A stretch of 64,000 nucleotides of DNA, taken from contig JAQFVV010000001.1 in the NCBI GenBank assembly GCA_028023455.1, forward strand, positions 9,982,001-10,046,000. Direction: 5' to 3'. Source of the stretch: Epiperipatus broadwayi (taxonomy: Eukaryota; Animalia; Onychophora). The notes under the pieces were generated by a model that did not search any database, was not told where the DNA came from, and worked only from the letters and a program-made list of their open reading frames with translations. The translations under genes were made by a program, and so were the position numbers. Positions 44,094 to 56,949 of the stretch are shown here, piece by piece (within the stretch, counting starts at the first letter, position 1; each line of letters opens with the position of its first letter).

Positions 44094-44137
44094 TTTTCAG
44101 ATCATGATTTCAAGCTATTTGCTATCATCAGTGAAAG
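44094..44137 (-). ncRNA. Type I hammerhead (family A, inverted copy)
   Basis: CTTTCA CTGATGA TAGC aaata GCTT GAAA TCATGA TC TGAAAA. Confidence 0.78.
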
Positions 44138-44427
44138 ATAGGAATAAGAAACTAGATCTAAACACAAACTCTGAGCGTTAGCAAGTTTTTAACTTGTTTT
44201 TTTGTTTTTCATAAATGTACCTTTGAGGTCTTTCTAGCAGTGATATATATTGCAGAGGCTTCTACTATGTGGTGATGCTGAACTGATATCAGACCCATAT
44301 AGCTATCTGGCTTGCTATGCTGAGTTTGAAGACATTACATGTCTAAAAGATTCACGCTTGCAAGCTGAATAGAAACTGTTTCATAAATGCTCAGATTTTG
44401 TGTTTAGATCTAGTTTCTTATTCCTGT

Positions 44428-44471
44428 CTTTCACTGATGATAGCAAATAGCTTGAAATCATGATCTGAAAG
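44428..44471 (+). ncRNA. Type I hammerhead (family A, unit 1), predicted cleavage after C44465
   Basis: CTTTCA CTGATGA TAGC aaata GCTT GAAA TCATGA TC TGAAAG; 6-bp helix I perfect. Confidence 0.82.
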
Positions 44472-44824
44472 TGGAATTAAAGTTAGAGATAGTGAATGCT
44501 TGCTCTGACATTTATGTAAACATACGCTTGACGGTGTTTTTGGTAGAACACCATCTGTTGACATAAATACAAGCGTTAGCAAGTTTTTAACTTGTTTTTT
44601 GTTTTTCACAAATGCACCTTTGAGGTCTTTCTAGCAATTATATATATTGCAGAGGCTTCTACTATGTGGTTATGCTGAACTGATATCAGATCCATATAGC
44701 TATCTGGCTTACTATGCTGAGTTTGAAGACATTACATGTCTAAAAGATTCACACTTGCAAGCTGAATAGAAACTGTTTCATAAACACTCAGCGTTTGTGT
44801 TTAGATCTAGTTTCCTATTCCTGT

Positions 44825-44868
44825 CTTTCACTGATGATAGCAAATAGCTTCAAATCGTGATCTCAAAG
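44825..44868 (+). ncRNA. Inactivated hammerhead (family A, unit 2)
   Basis: CTTTCA CTGATGA TAGC aaata GCTT CAAA TCGTGA TC TCAAAG; G12>C. Confidence 0.7.
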
Positions 44869-45018
44869 GGGAATTAAAGTTAGAGAGAGTGAATGCTTGC
44901 TCTGATGTTTATGTAAACATACGCTTGATGGTGTTTTTGGTAGAATGCCATTTGTTGACATATATATATTAAATGTATGTAAATAAATCATTTTTTATAG
45001 CGCGATGTTTGTAAACTG

Positions 45019-45155
45019 TAATATTTAACACAGCATTATGCTGTTGCACATGCGCTTTGAAGATTTTAACTATAAATGAATGAATACTATTCATTCATTT
45101 ATAGTTAAAATCTTCAAAGCACATGTGCAACAGCGTAATGCTGTGTTAAATATTA
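45019..45155. repeat. Near-perfect palindrome, 68-bp arms, 1-nt loop (C45087)
   Basis: Arms differ at 2 CpG-type positions; right end runs into (TA)n. Confidence 0.9.
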
Positions 45156-45218
45156 TATATATATATATATATATTGTAAAGATTGGGAGGCTATACCTTT
45201 GCAGTTATTATGATATAA

Positions 45219-45271
<53 letters not shown>

Positions 45272-47276
45272 GAAGGAAATGAAAGGTAGCAGAGATATTT
45301 TTTGATTATGCACAAAGTTTCAATTACTTATAAGTAAAAAAAAACATAGATATCCTTATCAGTTTAATGTATATATTTTCCTTTATAAAATTGATTATCT
45401 AATATATATATATATATATAGTGATATTTTTTGAGATTAAGATAGAAAATGCTGTAATTTTTTTCCTCTTCATTTATCTTTGTTTGATTTTGTTGTATAT
45501 TTTTTTTGGTTGTTGTTATTATTTTTCTATTTCCACCCACTTTTGTGGTATACATTTGTTTATGATTGTAGATTGGTAATGATAATGATATATACAAAGT
45601 AAAACAAACTATATGAAAATCATTTTGTGAAATACTAATGATTGTAATATAGAAAAATTGTATAAAATATTTATTTGTTGAAAAAAATTTATGATTTATC
45701 CATATGTATTCATTTATTGTATTTATACTGAATTGTTTAGATTTATTTTACATATTTACAAGATTTAATCATTTATTTATTTTAAAACAATTGTAAAATA
45801 TTTAAAAATAAGTTTTAAAAAAATTGATAATTATATTAATAAGAGGTTTTAGACATTTTTTTTTTTGAAAGTGTAAGCAGAAATGCCATAGCAACTAATG
45901 ACACAACAAAGGAAGAAGAGATGTGCTTATAATTTTTATTATTATTGACAATTATTTTGGCTGGAAAATGGTTACAAACAACTTTCTCTTTTACCTAAAT
46001 TTTAATTAATGGAACTTTACCTTCATTAAATAATACTAGAAAATAATTGACTAAGGAAGACTTGCTAGCTGAAAGATGTGATTCATCTTGCTCTATCTTA
46101 CATTAATTGCCATCTGAATGATGGGAAAAATTATCAACAAGCATGCAGCTAAAAGGAGGGAGACATTATTTTAAAAATGAATTGGTATACCTATTTTTAA
46201 GATTGAGATAAGAATTCTAGTAATAAAAATATTTGAAATAACTTAGCACTTTTGTTAGATCATCTTACTTTGACAAGTAGAAAGAATGCTTTAAGAAATA
46301 TCAACGTTAGTTACATATAAAATTTAAGCATTTATCAATAAGAAATTGTTGGATATGTTAATCAGATTCAAGCAATATTAAACCTAAACTTTTACAATAA
46401 CTGTCAGTAATATTTACTAAAACTGTAACCTTTAGGAATAAGCTTCTGAAAAATTCGAAAGTAGAGATCTCTACAGGTCTTAGACACTTAATATAATAAT
46501 GTGCGTTTAATAAAATTTATAATTATAACTGTCAGTTTAAAAAATAAGAAGAAGAAAAATGATATAAAAAAGTCAATCAAAATAATTAAGTTTTAAAAAA
46601 GGTTAAAGTGTACAAGTTTATTTTTGTTCTGTGTTTTCTTTTTAGTTGTCATAACAAACCAACAATCCATTAGGCTTTTTTTTGTTTTGTTTTAATACAT
46701 ATATTTAATATTTATATGGCATATACATAATACATAATGAATGCTTTACAAGAGCTTTATTAACATTTATTTTCATGAAACCATATATATATAAATGTAT
46801 TAATATTATTATCATTAAGGTTTTTTTTTTCTTTTGGCAAATAATTTATAGCTATAATCAAGATACTTTTGAGAGATAGTTTTATTGTTTTATATATTCT
46901 ATTTGAGCATTTATATACATAAACAAAAATTATTTCTTTATCATTTATGAAAAATTATTATATGAAGATATTTATTCAAATTATTATAATTTAGTGACAA
47001 GATCTCTCTTTAGATTTTGAAAAATGAACATGATATAGAGGAATATATCACTTGTTTTAGCCATAATTGAGGATTATCTATAGCATAAAAGGGATCAATT
47101 TAGTAAGTCTGCATTTGATACTTCAAAAGAAAAAAGTGTAGTTTAGGAAACATATATTTAGATTCATCATAGTAAAAACAATATTGATATTTTCTTTGAC
47201 TGCAAGGTAGTATGATTCTACTTTAAAGAATTTATCTTTGATTTTAAATCATTTGATATTTTCAAATGATATTAAT

Positions 47277-47306
47277 ATCATCATCATCATCATCATCATC
47301 ATTATT

Positions 47307-47337
<31 letters not shown>

Positions 47338-47351
47338 TTATTATTATTATT
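47277..47351. repeat. (ATC)n(ATT)n microsatellite
   Basis: Direct reading. Confidence 0.95.
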
Positions 47352-50329
47352 GCATCTTATTTATTTTTAAGAAGTAAATGGTCTTCATTCAGATGCAAAT
47401 GTAACTTAATAAATGTCTTGTTAACAAATATTATAAACAATAATGTTATTGAAATCAGATGAAAAACCTATAAAATAAAATAGTGTATATTATGCTTTGT
47501 TGTTTCATTGTTTTGCTATTCATAAAAGAAAAAGAGAATACAGATCATAAATAAAGACATACCATTTGTTTTACTTAAAGTGACTGTGTGAAATTTTCTT
47601 TCTAATCACTTATGAGTACACTTGGGACATTGTGTAATACTTGAGTTTATTAATTTAATTATTTTTAGCTGAGACTATTTAAACGCTAATGATAATTTGC
47701 TTAAACATTAATTGGCAGTTATATTATAGAACATTATTGATTTAGAGCTATTAAATAAATTATTTATATTTAGTTGTTTATTAATATAAATTACATTCAA
47801 CAAAATATTCTCTTTGTTTCTACTTTATCTTTTGTCAAGTCTTCAAGTTTCATTAACAGTTTTTAATTGTTAAACCTGAAAACAAGCTATTGAAATTTTG
47901 AGAAAGATAATAAAGTTTAATATATTTTTGTCTATGTTATGACTTTGATTTAATTATTTGCAAGGTATAATTTCAAAAGCTAGCCTAGTAACATATTAAC
48001 TATTAGTAAAGTTAGACATATAGCTGAGAAAGCTTCTTGTTCTCTGTTTTTTATATAATTAAAAGGTCAATTTTTTATAATGATAATCTAGATGTATAGA
48101 ATTTAAAGAGTACTTGAAGGAGAAAACTTTTATATAGGATTTAAAAAACTAATTTACTTATTCTTGCTGATTTCTAGTAATATACTACTTTGATATGAAA
48201 TATTTGTTTTGTCATTTTAATATTATTATATTTGGGCATTATCAAACCTGAACCTTTCAATTTTTTTTTTGTATCATTACAATTATGCTGACCAAATTTT
48301 GAGATATAACAAAGATTATATCATTATCACCTTATGTTCTATTTCAATTTACCTTTTATTTATATGTATTATACCATTTCAATTTGATGCAATTCACGGG
48401 GCATATTGATTAAGTCAAATCTTTCCCATTTCTTAGCATTACAATTTGATACAACTAACATGGACTTGAAATATGAAATCTCAGTATTGCTATCAGTGTA
48501 AATGTATTTTTTACATGATCTAATAAGTGATTCACATAATTTTAAGAAGTGTCAATGAAGCAGTAATTTTCTTTTGACACAAGTTTATGCCATTAATATT
48601 TAAGTAATGCTATAATATAAAGTATGAAAATATAACATTATTGAAGTTGAGAGCTTAATCATCAAGACAAATATAAAAAAATTAAGGATATGGTTGTTTA
48701 TTTTTCTCTATTTTTTATGTATGCTTTGTATGATGATTGTTTTATATGAGCAAGGGATAACAAATCTCAGATAGTTTGTATGAGAATAGGTTGTAAATAT
48801 ATAAAATTATTTTTGTATATACATTTCTTTAAGTATATTAGAATTGATAACAGACTAATCTTAGTATTAAGAATTATGGATAATATTTATGAAATGTTAG
48901 GAGAATGAGCATTAGTTTGTCTGACCTGATGAATGTAATTAAAGCATAAACTATGAATCTTTACTTCATAAAGAAAAGGGCAGTTATACTTTCATCTGGA
49001 ATGCAGAAGCCATATTTTTAGCTGAGTTAACAAACAAATATCATGATAGAAATTCATATCATTGGTGTGACATGTATGATTTATTCTATAAATATCCTAC
49101 TAAGAGAAAATTGAAGAAAATAATAATGATAGGAAGTAAAGGAAATGGAGAATTAGAGATAGTTATTCATAATAAAAAATTTATTTATTCTGTAGAATCC
49201 ATATTTTTGCATATTTTAAGTTAACTATTTTGTTCATAAGTTATCTAAAGGGTGTAGTGTTTTTGACTTATTTTTCAAATATACATTCAAAATCAAATTT
49301 GATATTATAAGCCACATGTTAATAATTTTTATTCTGTTTGAAAAAAATTATCAAAATCTTTATGTTCTGCTTTATTATGATGGAATGTTACAATACTCTA
49401 AACCCTTGTTTATTGAATTGTTGTTGCTAAAACTGTTTATTAATTTTCATACACATTTGAGATAATAAAATGTCCATCATTTTAAGTTAGTAAAATAAAT
49501 CAATGATTATAAGCTTCAGAGGTGGTTTGGTAATTGGTAATTAATAAGTTATTTCCTTATTGAAACTGAATTGAATACCACATTAGTCATTCACAGGAGC
49601 ATCAGTTTAAAAAGTTATTCCAACATCTATGAGGAATTTTACAGGATTGATGAAAAGGTTGGAGTAAATGCTTATATGATTGATAAATCAAATAGGCTGA
49701 ATAAAGCATATGATGCTAGAAGCTTCATGCCAATGTATCATAAAGAATCAGCATTGATTTAACTCAAATGTGCCCTTGTCAATTTTTATATTTCCATAGG
49801 TCTTGCTAATGATGATTAAATATTACCCCATGATAATTATTATTTATTTTCAAAGTAAATGAGTGATTTAGTTTGAAAAAGGAATGAAAATTTTTGTATT
49901 TTATGTGCCATTTGACATTACATTATACTTTAAAAAAAATTTTTTTAATGGAAATTTGTTAATGTTGGGATTTACTGATGTAATTGTATTTTGAATAATC
50001 AATAAAGATGACTCCATTTATGTAGCTGATGTGTTTAGAGCCAGAAAAGAGTGATGATTTATTATTTTTTTATTTTGTAGCAACATTAAGCATTTAAAAT
50101 GAAGTATGCTGTATATATCAAAACTCCTGATGATGAAATGAACTTTTATTGATGTTAAAATGAATTTATTTAAATTTTGATATTTGTCCTTACTTATCGA
50201 AAAGTTATGGGATAAGGTATATATATATATATATATTATGTATTTATAAAGATTTGAAATCAAAATTGTGTGATTTTGGAACATTTAATTAAAATTTATA
50301 ATTAAGGAAAGGTTATAACACCCCAGAAA

Positions 50330-50720
50330 CTTATCAGCAGATTTAAAATCAAATTATATGATTGGAAAAATTAATTAAAATGTATAATCCAGAAGCAAAG
50401 TAAATTCTTAAAAGCTGTTGAGGCTGATAAGATGAACATATAAATAGGCCATGTTTTAAGCTTGAAAAAAGAGAAACTACATTTTGAATAGCGTGGGCCA
50501 TCAGAATATATGCTAGTTTTAGAACTGAAATGTCAAGCTAGAAGGGTAGTCTTGGCTGCCACTCTGTAATGGAGGCAACAGGTTTGCTGCCATCAGACAC
50601 TGTCATAACCAGTATGCTGCAATAAGATCTACAGCCTAACCATGAAAAGAAGAGGATGCCACCCAGAAAGCTCACCAAACTCTAGCTCAATCACCTGTAT
50701 TAATAACCTGAAAATTACCT
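50330..50720 (+). mobile_element. Decayed RTE-type LINE 3' fragment
   Basis: RRVVLAA.. and LQPNHEKKRMPP resemble the RTE C-terminal RRLRLAGH...WQPxHGKRxRGRP motif. Confidence 0.45.
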
Positions 50721-51599
50721 TCAAACTGCAGAGCTCAGTGTTAATTTTATGTTAATTCTATACCAACTCATTAAACTCTTGAATTGTGATTTCAAGTTAG
50801 CTAATTAATCACTTAATGTATTTTTTTCTAAATGCCAAAGTTTCTCAATTTCTATTTTATTAAAATCTTTAAATGACCTACTTGCTTTGTAAAATTTCTT
50901 TCATTAAGAAAATAAATTAATATTTTCCTAATTGAAAACTATATCACTGCAGTTGTGTCTATAATTATTTTTTAATTATTTAGTTTAAATATTTATTGTA
51001 TTATATGCTGATGCTTTGAAACAGCGAACACTAAATTTCAATATTTTAAGAACAGTAATTAAAACATCTTCACGTAAATATTTTATAATCTTATCTGCCT
51101 GCTTGCTGTTTTGAAACTCTCTTATGTAAATAGTACCAACTCACTCTGTGCTCGTTATTATTGTATTAGTAATTATTTGATTTTATATGTGAAATGTGGC
51201 TTGTTTCAGTCAGAAATTAATCTTAACTTATTTATACTAAGAAACAGACAAGCCTTGAGAAATATTTACAAGTATATTTGCTAGTTAATTTATTTATAAA
51301 ATCCCTCCAAATATACTTTCCGTCCTTTTCAAGTATTAATGATTTGATAAATAACTAATTAGCTTGAACTGGAAAAGTAAAGAATATCTATAACTATCCC
51401 CATCTATAGCATATATTTATTATCATACTACATAAGATGGCTCCATTAATCAAGCCAATAAGCTATCATTCTTGTATATGGAATATTAAATTTATAATAC
51501 TCTTTGCTTGGTGAATGTGATTGATTTCTTTAAATATTTTTCTCATTTTGCTGCTATATATATTTATGTTTTTAAGATGGAGTATTGGTTAAGCCAGCA

Positions 51600-52000
51600 C
51601 ATATTCCTCTCATAGGATATAGCAGTGGGGAAGCTTGAATTTAAGGCTAGGTCAGCACATAAGTCCCCCATCATTTCCAAACACAATGTTCCTTTTCTGT
51701 CACCATGATGATCAATCCCAGCATACTGGCATTTGTCACAGAAACTCTTGATTTACCAATCCATCCACAGAGCAACCCTTACTATTGTATTTGTCAGTGC
51801 TGTAATGCATTGGTACATCCAGAGCAGCCAACTCTACCTCCCTATATCATTACTTCAGAAATTGTCTGAAATACTCTTGAAAGTATGTTTAATCTAATTT
51901 ATTGTAGCAGATTCTAGGCTAAATAGATATAAAAATGGATAAGTAATGTCCTTCGTAAGTGTTAATCAAGGCTTCATCTAATTACTTGCATATAGCTATG
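51600..52000 (-). pseudogene. Possible decayed Gypsy integrase zinc-binding segment
   Basis: W..*IKSFCDKCQ pattern on the minus strand (~51730-51790); weak. Confidence 0.28.
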
Positions 52001-54419
52001 AATTAAGAGGAGTTGGCATATTTTCTCTATAGACATGACATAGTGGTGATTTATTTATATGCTGCCACAATTAATTTATAAGATGAAAACCTGTTAAATT
52101 CATCTTACTTAAAGCACATAATAATTTGTCTTAATATTTTTATATTTGATTCTGTATGAAGAGAATACCTGAACACTCTTGTGCCATTAAATGCCTGCAC
52201 ACATTTTCATGTACTGTATGAGTTCTGATATATATTTTGGTTTAAATTATGATTTATTGAAGGAAATAAAACTATAGTTAAATTGACCTAGTCCATTCTC
52301 AGTCTCATTATTCAATCCAATTCTAAGTATTGATTATATATATATATGTAAAGTCTATGCATCAATTAAGTTTCCATTAGTTAATTATATATTAGATGCT
52401 ATCAATAATAGCAATTTTAATAATGAGTCTTATTGCTTCTCCCTGACCTATGTTGACTGTGAATAAAATGGTATATTATGTGGAATTTCAAAGTGGGCAT
52501 TCATAGGGTCTTGAGTCTTGGAGTACTGTCTTATGAGTTGAAGTGTGGTCAAACTCAGTATGTCATAATCCTAGTCTTGTCAGCTTCAGACTCTTTGCTT
52601 GAACTCTAAGTTCTGTTATGTGAATGTACAAACTTGACCATTACAATATGTATTGTAACAATAGCTGGGTTTGAATACGAATACTAAAGGAAGTAAAAGG
52701 CAATATTGATTAGCAAAGAGTATTTATTGTGATTGTTATGAATTAAATTAATAGATGTGAGAAAATTTATAGATATACATTCAAACCCCATTACAAAAGA
52801 GTGTGAATGAAATACATTAACCATTTAAAGACATGATGTTATACACATATATTTGTTACACATGTTATTGTGATGTTGCATAGAATTAATTACTAACAAG
52901 TTTGTATGCGGAAATGAAAAGAAGTGATTATGTGTGGAGTTGTATTTCCTATTTTATTATTTTGTTTTATATATTTTATTGTGCTATTTAAAATGTACAC
53001 CAGGTGCTGAGAAGGGTTAATATAGAAAAAAATCGATAGAAGATATAGTCTAATATAAACAAGCAAAGTGAAGAGGCTGTTCTCTCACATTATTGCTAAA
53101 ACAAAGTGATTGTTGTGCAAAGTTCTTTTGACTCTGCTGTTCTGTTACTAATGCTGATGAAATATTCAACCATGAATCTGGAAATATTATCTGACCAATC
53201 ATTTTTGCCAGTTGTAAGCTGCTGAGGCCAGTGTATTAAGGTCGTATCTAATAAAAAGATGCTGATCATCCAATATTTAAGAAAGAAGTAAAAAGGGAAC
53301 AAAACTGAGTTTGGCTTCAAATTAATGTCCTGCAAAAGGTGTATAAATCAGTAGCAGTTTGCTAATGCTGTATTAAAGAAGAGAAAAATATTAGTAAGAC
53401 CCTGAAAGGTAAAAGTGTCTAGAATAGTCAGTGTAATGCATATGGAATAGAATCCCATGTCAGTGTACCAGCCCAGCTCCTTCCCAGCCATCACTATGTA
53501 GTCAATAATACCAGCTGATGAAGATGAACATCTAAATGCCTACATTTTATGGAAATGAAGAACAGTCCTTCTGCCTTGTTGTTCAGTTTGTAGCACACTC
53601 AGAAGCTCTGCAATCCAGATAAAATCTAAAAATACCAGATGATATAATGGTTTTTATTCATTTATTATCTTACATGTATGTCAAGTTGTTTATTCACCAA
53701 GTGGTGAATTTGTGTTATGTTAAATCATCCTATCACCTTAATTTTAAAATTCTTAGATGTGTACATGCATGTGTATGTTTTCTTTTTTATGTTTGTTATT
53801 GCTTGTAACACATATGCATAAATATGTTTAGTTAAGGAGTGGGAAGGATGGGAAGACTGGCATGCATGTATATTTACATTTTTGATATTAGTTTTTAAAA
53901 AAATGCTTAATATGTGTGTGAAAAGAAATTCAGACCAATTCATTCAAGGGTATTTATATAAAAATAAAGGGGAGTTTCATATCTAAATTGAATCAACATT
54001 ATTTTTACTTTTTTCTTATATTATAGAGGTGAGGTTAATAAAATGTATTTTTGTTTATGTGTATAAATGATGATGAGTTATTTGGGAAAATAAATATTTA
54101 TTTTTGTATTTAAATTACATTATTATGAGTGTCTCATGTATTTCTCTGTTTCTCTCTCTCCAATCAAAATATGTACATTTTCTGATCATAAAATAATCCA
54201 TCAGTTACCTCAGATAAAGAGTTGATTGAGCTAAGGTCATGGAATACTACTTTATCAAGTGATTAAAACTTTGTTATCATGCAAATATTTTTCTTTACCT
54301 ACTTGTTTCATATGATTCATTAGTAGTTGTATATTCTTTTGAAAGGGGTTTTATCTTTCCAAATGTGATGTGCAATGGGCAGGTTCAAATTTGGCCTTTC
54401 ATAGGTATGTAGTGGCCAA

Positions 54420-54491
54420 TGCATTGATATCAATAAGCAAGGCAATAGATTCTGCTGCATTGATATCAATAAGCAAGGCAATAGATTCTGT
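54420..54491. repeat. 36-bp tandem duplication
   Basis: TGCATTGATATCAATAAGCAAGGCAATAGATTCTG(C/T) x2. Confidence 0.9.
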
Positions 54492-54554
54492 GCATATAGT
54501 AAAAAACTGCGGGGAAGCGGTCATATGGTACAATATATATATATATATATATAT

Positions 54555-55200
54555 AAACAAAATAAATGTCCACTAATATTAATAATACAATAATGAAACA
54601 AATATATTCCAAACAGCGGTAAACAATTTATAATATAATATAAATAAAAACTCATAAAGAAATATTTTCGATTATATTCATAATCATTATCAACTCAACT
54701 TTCAAAATGGAATCATCTATTACCAACCGGAAACACATGTTGATTTAAATATCCCACAATTCATTAATCCTAACATTTGCTGACTGTCTGTTTATTATCG
54801 TATTTTTATACCTACTAATAAAAACTGCCTCTTTAATCTTTCATTTTTCATTATCTCTCTCTTGGCCTAAAATTTTTATTTTGTTTATATCAAAATCAAA
54901 TTTAAAATTACAATTCCTATCATGATCATAAAAAACAGATTCAGTATATAACTTGATTTCATTATTATTATCATTATATATCTGTACATTTTTCAAAACT
55001 CTTTTATACAACAATTTATGTTCTTTAATTCTTTTCTCCATATTACATCTAGATTCCCCCACATATGATAAGTTAAACCCACAAAAAAATTCTATAAATT
55101 ATATTATTCACATTATTTTTTTCTATCTTATCTTTTGAATTATTAATCATTCTATTTAAATTACCTGATCCATAAAATGAAACATTATATATACTATTAT
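54555..55200 (-). mobile_element. Penelope-like element 3' fragment (GIY-YIG plus pLTR)
   Basis: NIIYRIF...SYVGESRCNMEKRIKEH, FDFDINKIKILGQE and KIKEAVFISRYKNTIINRQ...ELWD; (TA)n on both sides. Confidence 0.82.
54657..54696 (-). ncRNA. Hammerhead-like motif in PLE pLTR (U3-A8 core)
   Basis: GAG TTGATAA T GATTAT gaat ATAATC GAAA ATAT TT CTT; helix II perfect, palindromic AATATT helix III. Confidence 0.6.
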
Positions 55201-55225
55201 AAACTTTTTTCATAAATTTTACTTG

Positions 55226-55260
<35 letters not shown>

Positions 55261-55261
55261 A

Positions 55262-55566
55262 TGGTCAAGGTTGTATAATCAGCCTACAAGACAGAAACAC
55301 CAAGCAGGGACTCTCAACCAGCAGACACATGGTTATCCTCATTCTCCTAGTTTAAACCCTACCTAGGCTTTCTAGCCTAAATCAGCTGCCCACATAGAAA
55401 TCAGCTTTGCTTTGATTTTTTTTAAATTTCAGTTGGTTAACTACAAGTTATTAAACCTATAGTTTATTATTGAGTTTATAATGATGCCATACTCTGATGC
55501 AAGACAATCATTTCATGTTCAGTTTTGGGCACATAGTAAAAAACTGCAGGGTAGGGGTCAACTGGT

Positions 55567-55625
<59 letters not shown>

Positions 55626-55920
55626 ACTGAATTACTTGTCTATAAAACTACTTTAATATTTCAACCAGCAGACTGGTTTTCATCAGACAGCTTTCTGATA
55701 AAAACCAGTCTGCTGGTTGAAATATCAAAATAGTTTTATAGAGAACTAAATTTGTGTTTTATAATGTTTTTATTTTTCCTTTAGTTAGTTCCTATATATA
55801 GTCAAGGTTGTATAATCAGTCTACATGACTGAAACACCAAGCAAAGACTCTCAACCAGAAGACACAGGGTTATCCTATGCTTCTAGTTTAAACCCTACCT
55901 AGGCTTTCTAGCCTCAATCA
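55262..55920 (+). repeat. ~125-bp direct repeats at 55262-55385 and 55800-55920
   Basis: GTCAAGGTTGTATAATCAG...CTAGGCTTTCTAGCCT.AATCA twice, each just after a TA run. Confidence 0.85.
55621..55763. mobile_element. Family C mini fold-back: two back-to-back hammerhead motifs
   Basis: Arms 55639-55686 and 55695-55742, 8-nt loop. Minus: CTGATGA A AACCAG tctg CTGGTT GAAA TATT. Plus: CTGATAA A AACCAG tctg CTGGTT GAAA TATC. Confidence 0.85.
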
Positions 55921-56193
55921 AGTTCTTTTCTTTATACAGCATAATGTGACTCAGGGTTAAAACAAACTCCCCACCTCAGGGTTCCTTGTAACTTATAATA
56001 TTACACCACACTAGCACTTTTAAGCCTTACATTAATTTATTTATCTTATAATTGTTGATATGATTTGGTAGTTTAATCATTTCTACAAAGCTACAAAGCT
56101 AATATTATATTTATAAGGTACTAAACCATAGACTTACTAGATGATGTATATAATAATCACAAGATTGCCATTTCTTATGCTTGCTTATAACTG

Positions 56194-56724
56194 TTATTAA
56201 AACAGGCAAAAACTCACTATACATATTGCCTCTCACTGCAAGCTAGAGTAATCAATGGATTCCAGAAGGCTTGTACATAAATTCCCCATCTAGTGCCTAT
56301 TCATTCAATACTCCCAGACTAGTTTCTGACTTGTGGCCTTCATCAGTTTGGAGCCTTGAATCTGAGAGCACTGCACCTAGATCTTAGGATCTATGCAACC
56401 CTCCAGCAGACCTATATGACTATATAAGCTAATGAGCTTGGATTAAAAATATTAAAGTGTTTTTAATTTTGAACTCATACTTTTGTAGTTAAGTAGAGAT
56501 AAAAGGTGGCTGCCAGAGGGTTGCATTAGATCCTAAGATCTAAGTGCAGTGCTTTCAGATCCAAGGCTCCTCACTGATGAAGACCACAAACCAGAAACTA
56601 ATCTGGGGATATTCAATGAGTAGGCACTAGATAGGGATTTTATGCACAAGCCTTCTGGAATCCATTGATTACTATAGCTTGCAATGAGTGGCAATACATA
56701 TAGTGATTTTTGCCTGTTTTAATA
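56194..56724. mobile_element. Family B fold-back with hammerheads at 56311-56352 (-) and 56568-56609 (+)
   Basis: Arms ~56194-56409 and ~56510-56724; CTGATGA AGGC cacaa GTCA GAAA CTAG TC TGGGAG and TCCTCA CTGATGA agaccacaaacca GAAA CTAA TC TGGGGA. Confidence 0.85.
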
Positions 56725-56949
56725 AGATGTATATAATAACTAATTAATAGTTCCAACACACAATAATAATGCACAATTAGTTAACTAGAATGATATAAGT
56801 TTTATTACAAAATTAAAATAAAAGAGAGAGTAGCTTACAAAATTTTACATTGTATTACAGAAGGTGATGGTGGCTTACAACCATGATGTATACTCTATTT
56901 AATTTGACTGAAAGTATGACAATACATCAGCCCATTTTAGGTTTGAATA

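Larger units (their letters stand above)
43954..44962. mobile_element. Family A array: inverted partial copy (43954-~44176) plus two tandem ~397-nt sense units
   Basis: GCAAGTTTTT recurs at 44181 and 44579; CTGATGA at 44434 and 44831; TA runs at both ends. Confidence 0.92.

Noticed and set aside
48920-48960. CTGATGA ATGT...GCAT AAAC as a hammerhead
   Set aside because: No GAAA box and no helix I partner.
53512-53545. CTGATGA AGATG aa CATCT AAA as a hammerhead
   Set aside because: No G12, 2-nt loop, and no helix I or III.
53060-53620. Possible MULE/SWIM transposase or host exon
   Set aside because: Only a vague Cys pattern across frames; no supportable call.
55300-55350. Minus-strand TCTGCTGGTTGAGAGTC resembling the family C hammerhead
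   Set aside because: Both repeat copies have GAGA rather than GAAA and lack a CUGANGA box.
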